Assembly (NCBI GenBank): GCA_043814095.1
Contig: JBDRKI010000023.1
Span: 10,392 to 74,391 of the forward strand
Length of the DNA stretch: 64,000 nt
From: Armatimonadota bacterium
Lineage (GTDB): Bacteria > Vulcanimicrobiota > JACPDS01 > JBDRKI01
Direction: 5' to 3'
Below are positions 59,770-64,000 of this stretch, in pieces; the stretch's first letter is position 1, and every line of letters begins with the position of its first letter. The notes under the pieces are model-generated. The model saw nothing but the letters and a program-made list of their open reading frames with translations. It did not search any database and was not told the DNA's origin. Made by a program: the position numbers and the translations under genes.

Positions 59770-62229
59770 TTATTTTTTCTTTACTGCCGCTTTTTTTTCT
59801 TTTTCGTGAAAAACAATTTTTTCGTCTTTAAGGTCAATGACAACTGTAGACCCTTCGGGGAATATATTTCTTATGAATTCTTCCGCCAGAGGATCTTCAA
59901 TATGCTTCTGTATCGCGCGCCGCAGAGGCCTTGCTCCGTAAATCGGATCAAAGCCTTCCTTGCACAGAAAAACTTTCGCGGGTTCGGTGACTTCCATATG
60001 TCTTTCCTGAGCTTCTATTTCTTTATCGACTTTTGCCAGCATAAGCTCTACTATATGTTTTATTTCTTCCATGGTAAGTTTATGGAATACCACTATCTGG
60101 TCCAGACGGTTTAAAAATTCCGGCTTAAATACCTTCTTAACCTCATCCATAACTTTCTTTTCCATCTTTTTATGTTTTATCTCATCATCGCCTTCTTCTT
60201 TTGTTGTCCTGAATCCTATATCAACAGGGGCGTCAATACCCGCGGTGCCTATGTTTGAAGTCATTACAATAACGGCGTTTTTGAAATCAACAACCCTGGC
60301 CTGTGAATCCGTAAGCCGTCCGTCTTCTAAAAGCTGGAGCAGTATGTTAAAGACATCCGGATGCGCTTTTTCTATTTCGTCAAGAAGTATAACCGAATAA
60401 GGCTTTCTTCTTACCGCTTCGGTAAGCTGGCCGCCTTCTTCATATCCCACATATCCGGGAGGCGCTCCGACCAGGCGTGATACGGCGAATTTTTCCATAT
60501 ATTCGCTCATGTCAATCCTGACCATCGCGTCTTCATCATCAAATAAAAATTCCGCAAGCGTCTTGGCAAGCTCGGTTTTTCCGACGCCGGTGGGACCTAA
60601 GAACAGGAATGAGCCTATGGGCCGCTTCGGGTCTTTTAATCCGGCCCTTGCTCTTCTTATGGCTTTCGTTACCAGACGCACCGCGTCATCCTGCCCTATA
60701 ACGCGTTTATGAAGCGTGTCTTCCATCTTTATAAGCTTGGCGCTTTCTTCTTCTTTAAGTTTTGATACGGGTATTTTTGTCCATGTCGCGACTATGTGCG
60801 CTATTTCTTCATCGCCAACCCTGTTCTGATCGCCCTTTGTTTCTTTTTCTTTCTGCCAGCTCTGGGTAAGTTCTTCAACTTTATTTTTCAGTTTTTCTTC
60901 CCTGTCTCTTATATCAGCGGCTTTCTCGTATTCCTGGTTTTTAATAACCGCTTCTTTTTCCTGTCTTACCTGCTTTAAAGCAGCCTGGGCTTCCCTTAAT
61001 TCAAGAGGAGGCAGTGTAGACTGGAGTCTCACGCGGGATGAGGCTTCATCCATCAAGTCAATCGCCTTATCGGGAAGGAACCTGTCTGAAATATAGCGGT
61101 CCGCGAGTTTAGCCGCCGCTTCTAATGCGCTGTCGGTTATCATAACTTTATGATGGGCTTCATAGCGGTCGCGCAGGCCCTTTAAAATAGCTATTGTTTC
61201 CTCTATATTCGGTTCATTTACAAGAACCGGCTGGAATCTTCTTTCTAACGCCGCGTCTTTCTCAATATGCTTCCTGTATTCATCAAGCGTGGTCGCGCCT
61301 ATGCACTGTACTTCGCCTCTTGCAAGCGAAGGTTTTAATATATTGGAAGCGTCTATCGCGCCTTCGGCGGCGCCGGCTCCGACTATTGTGTGCAGCTCGT
61401 CAACAAACAGAATCACTTCTCCTGCCGCGGCTCTTATTTCATCCATTATCCTTTTTAACCGTTCTTCAAATTCTCCCCTGTATTTTGTTCCGGCAACCAC
61501 ACCGGCCAGATCCAGCTGTATAACGCGCTTATCCTTCAAAAGCTCGGGCACGTCATTCCTTATAATCTTCTGCGCAAGCCCTTCAACAATCGCGGTTTTA
61601 CCGACACCCGGCTCTCCCAGAAGCGCCGGATTATTTTTCGTGCGCCTTACCAGAATCTGGATAACGCGCTCTATCTCTGAATGTCTTCCTATAACCGGAT
61701 CAAGCTTGTCTTCTATGGCGTACTTGGTAAGATCTCTCCCGTACTGGTCAAGGGTAGGAGTTTTTGTCTTCTCTTTAGTAGCCGCGGGAGTAGTCTCTAT
61801 GCCGAGAAGCTGGGATATCTGATCTCTTACCTTTACCGGATCAATCCCTAAATTTGACAGGACCCTGGCGGCAACACCCTCTCCTTCCCTTACAAGGCCG
61901 AGCAGAAGATGCTCGGTGCCGATATAATTATGGCCCAGGGACCTTGCTTCTTCAAAAGCAAGCTCTATAACTTTCTTAGCCCGGGGAGTAAATGCCATAT
62001 CCCCGCCGCCTTTATAAGTGCCTTTGCCGACGATAGACTCAACTTCTCCCCTGACATTGTCCAGATTAATGCCCAGGGCTTCCAGCACTTTCGCGGCGAC
62101 ACTCTCTCCTTCGCTTATTATGCCAAGCAGAAGATGCTCGGTGCCGACATAATTATTGCCTAGCTTCTGAGCTTCTTCCTGCGCCAAAATAATTGATCTT
62201 CTGGCTCTCTCCGTAAAAGGTTCCCACAT
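59770..62229 (-). CDS. clpC: ATP-dependent Clp protease ATP-binding subunit ClpC
   Basis: Two Clp-N repeats, [11 protein letters not shown] coiled coil, [11 protein letters not shown] loop. Confidence 0.97.
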   Translation of the reverse strand: MWEPFTERARRSIILAQEEAQKLGNNYVGTEHLLLGIISEGESVAAKVLEALGINLDNVRGEVESIVGKGTYKGGGDMAFTPRAKKVIELAFEEARSLGHNYIGTEHLLLGLVREGEGVAARVLSNLGIDPVKVRDQISQLLGIETTPAATKEKTKTPTLDQYGRDLTKYAIEDKLDPVIGRHSEIERVIQILVRRTKNNPALLGEPGVGKTAIVEGLAQKIIRNDVPELLKDKRVIQLDLAGVVAGTKYRGEFEERLKRIMDEIRAAAGEVILFVDELHTIVGAGAAEGAIDASNILKPSLARGEVQCIGATTLDEYRKHIEKDAALERRFQPVLVNEPNIEETIAILKGLRDRYEAHHKVMITDSALEAAAKLADRYISDRFLPDKAIDLMDEASSRVRLQSTLPPLELREAQAALKQVRQEKEAVIKNQEYEKAADIRDREEKLKNKVEELTQSWQKEKETKGDQNRVGDEEIAHIVATWTKIPVSKLKEEESAKLIKMEDTLHKRVIGQDDAVRLVTKAIRRARAGLKDPKRPIGSFLFLGPTGVGKTELAKTLAEFLFDDEDAMVRIDMSEYMEKFAVSRLVGAPPGYVGYEEGGQLTEAVRRKPYSVILLDEIEKAHPDVFNILLQLLEDGRLTDSQARVVDFKNAVIVMTSNIGTAGIDAPVDIGFRTTKEEGDDEIKHKKMEKKVMDEVKKVFKPEFLNRLDQIVVFHKLTMEEIKHIVELMLAKVDKEIEAQERHMEVTEPAKVFLCKEGFDPIYGARPLRRAIQKHIEDPLAEEFIRNIFPEGSTVVIDLKDEKIVFHEKEKKAAVKKK

Positions 62230-62367
62230 TGTTCCTCCTATTTTTAATAAACAGTGAAAAGCAACCTAATATTACTATAATATATTATATATAAGTTCTA
62301 ATTCATGTCAGTTACTTCCTCTGTTATTTATAATTATTTCTTCATTAAGCCCAATTAAAATATTTAC

Positions 62368-63444
62368 TTAGTATTTTGAAACTCTTTTCCTTATAACATC
62401 CGCCCTTTTAAGCTCCAGGGCTTTTGGATCCAGAATCCGGCCTGTTGTCTTCTGCAAATATACCGGCCTGATAAGAAGAACCAGCTCGTTAAGCATGCTT
62501 ACGGGAATCTTTGGAAGAATTCCCATTCCCACTCCCAGACGTATCATGCTTAAAAGTTCCAGCGATTCTTCCATTGACAAAATTCTGGCGCTTTTTAAAA
62601 TGCCCCATGAACGCCAGACCCTGTCTTTAACCTGCCACGATAAATCTTTTAAAATGCTCTCCCTTGTTTTGTTCTCCTGTTCAATAATCTGCAGTGTAAT
62701 GCCTTTAATTTTTTCAATTATATCTTCTTCTTTAAGCCCCAGTGAAACCTGGTTTGAAATCTGATAAAAATGGCCCTGGGCTTCCGTTCCTTCGCCGTAA
62801 ATGCCGCGTATGGCAAGCCCGAGCTGAAAAATTCTGGGCGCAATTTTCGCGATCAAGTTCATCATAGTAATAGCCGGAAGATGCAGCATAACGGAGGCCC
62901 GCATGCCCGTCCCAAGGTTTGTGGGGCATGTGGAAAGATATCCCAGATTCTTACTGTACGCAAAATCAAGTTTTGCTTCCAGCGCGTCATCCAGCTTATT
63001 TACAAGACCCCACGCTTTATCAATCTGGAGCCCCGGGAGCAGAGCCTGCATACGCAGGTGATCCTCTTCATTTACCATAAAAGAAACGGAGGCGTCGGAA
63101 TTAAAATAAACACTGCGCGCGCCTTTCTCATTTATAAAGGCGGGGCTTGCTATATACTCTTCCGCCAGCAGAACCTTATCCATCTGGGAAAGCGAATCAA
63201 GTTCCAGCCTTACAAACCTGTTTTTATAAGAAGAACCTTTCCTGGCAAGAAAATAAGGGTGGGAGCTATATGCCGCGTCTACCTGTTTCTGGGATTTTTT
63301 AAGGTCATCGCGTCTGGCTCTCGGAGGAAAAGCGATATTTACAAGGTTTCTCGCAAGGCGTATCCTGCTTGTAAATACAATATCCGGATAAGGGCCGTCG
63401 CCCTTAATCCATTTTAAAGTTTTTTTATCCATAAATCTATTCAT
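62368..63444 (-). CDS. mcsB: Protein-arginine kinase McsB
   Basis: SRIRLARN, VNEEDHLR, CPTNLGTGMRAS, QISNQ. Confidence 0.95.
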   Translation of the reverse strand: MNRFMDKKTLKWIKGDGPYPDIVFTSRIRLARNLVNIAFPPRARRDDLKKSQKQVDAAYSSHPYFLARKGSSYKNRFVRLELDSLSQMDKVLLAEEYIASPAFINEKGARSVYFNSDASVSFMVNEEDHLRMQALLPGLQIDKAWGLVNKLDDALEAKLDFAYSKNLGYLSTCPTNLGTGMRASVMLHLPAITMMNLIAKIAPRIFQLGLAIRGIYGEGTEAQGHFYQISNQVSLGLKEEDIIEKIKGITLQIIEQENKTRESILKDLSWQVKDRVWRSWGILKSARILSMEESLELLSMIRLGVGMGILPKIPVSMLNELVLLIRPVYLQKTTGRILDPKALELKRADVIRKRVSKY

Positions 63445-63448
63445 AATT

Positions 63449-63979
63449 CTACTTCTTTGTTTCTTTTTTTTTCTGCGCGTTAATCTTATCCCTTATCCTG
63501 GCGGCTTTCTCATACTCTTCTTTTTTCACTGCTTCGGCAAGCTGCTTTTTTAAGTCTTCCACAGAGCGGTTTGTTTTCAACCCGCCGTGCCTTCTTTTCA
63601 GGATCTTGCCGGTATGCTCCGTGGATCCGTGTACTTTCCTTATGATATCCTTAAGCTCTGACGAAAAAATGGAATAACAGTTACTGCATCCCAGAAGGCC
63701 GGTATTTATAAAATCCGTAAAACTATACCCGCATACGGGACATTTATCCCTTGTATACTGAACCTGAGCCTGATTTGCCGCTGTCGCATTAATTAAGTTA
63801 GCTATAATATTCGGAAGATAGAACTGCGGTTGCAGCATATTCTCCGGAGGGCCGAATTTCTTATTCGCGCACAAAGAACACAGGTGCAGCTCGGCAACAT
63901 TATTATTAACTACTTTCGTAATATGTACAGTCGCAAATCTTTTTTTACAATCACTGCAAAACACCCGGAAATCCTCCAA
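63449..63979 (-). CDS. mcsA: McsA (CxxC and UVR domain protein)
   Basis: Four CxxC motifs, GLLGCSNCY, EEYEKAARIRD; exact start uncertain. Confidence 0.93.
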   Translation of the reverse strand: MEDFRVFCSDCKKRFATVHITKVVNNNVAELHLCSLCANKKFGPPENMLQPQFYLPNIIANLINATAANQAQVQYTRDKCPVCGYSFTDFINTGLLGCSNCYSIFSSELKDIIRKVHGSTEHTGKILKRRHGGLKTNRSVEDLKKQLAEAVKKEEYEKAARIRDKINAQKKKETKK

Positions 63980-64000
63980 AACACATAAATATTCTTTATA

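Noticed and set aside
1-64000. CRISPR array, rRNA, prophage or integrase
   Set aside because: No regularly spaced repeat-spacer series, rRNA-like sequence, phage structural gene or integrase recognised

Overview
Bacterial chromosomal window, low-to-moderate GC. The ClpC N-terminus ([12 protein letters not shown]) and the mcsA-mcsB-clpC-radA-yacL-ispDF-gltX gene order suggest a Terrabacteria lineage, possibly Eremiobacterota/Armatimonadota-like (inference). Contents in order: tRNA-Arg(CCG); a ~15 kb minus-strand catabolic cluster (three-subunit Mo-hydroxylase, AllF/G/H-like oxamate carbamoyltransferase genes, class III CoA-transferase, cyclase-family hydrolase, C-N hydrolase) interrupted by toxin-antitoxin cassettes, one of which (hicBA) is flanked by an exact 29-bp direct repeat covering stop, RBS and start; secreted orphan proteins; a decayed group IIC intron whose ends now enclose an intact AAA-ATPase gene and an IS1634 remnant; peptide/amino-acid uptake genes; a hom-thrC-thrB-lysC-asd operon; a mobile-element graveyard (internally deleted IS200/IS605, MNT-HEPN pair, orphan TnpB right end abutting a plsY fragment, second group IIC intron fragment); and a housekeeping block from a diguanylate cyclase and leuS to mcsA. 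No CRISPR array or rRNA was seen. All family assignments come from recognising motifs by eye; no searches were run.
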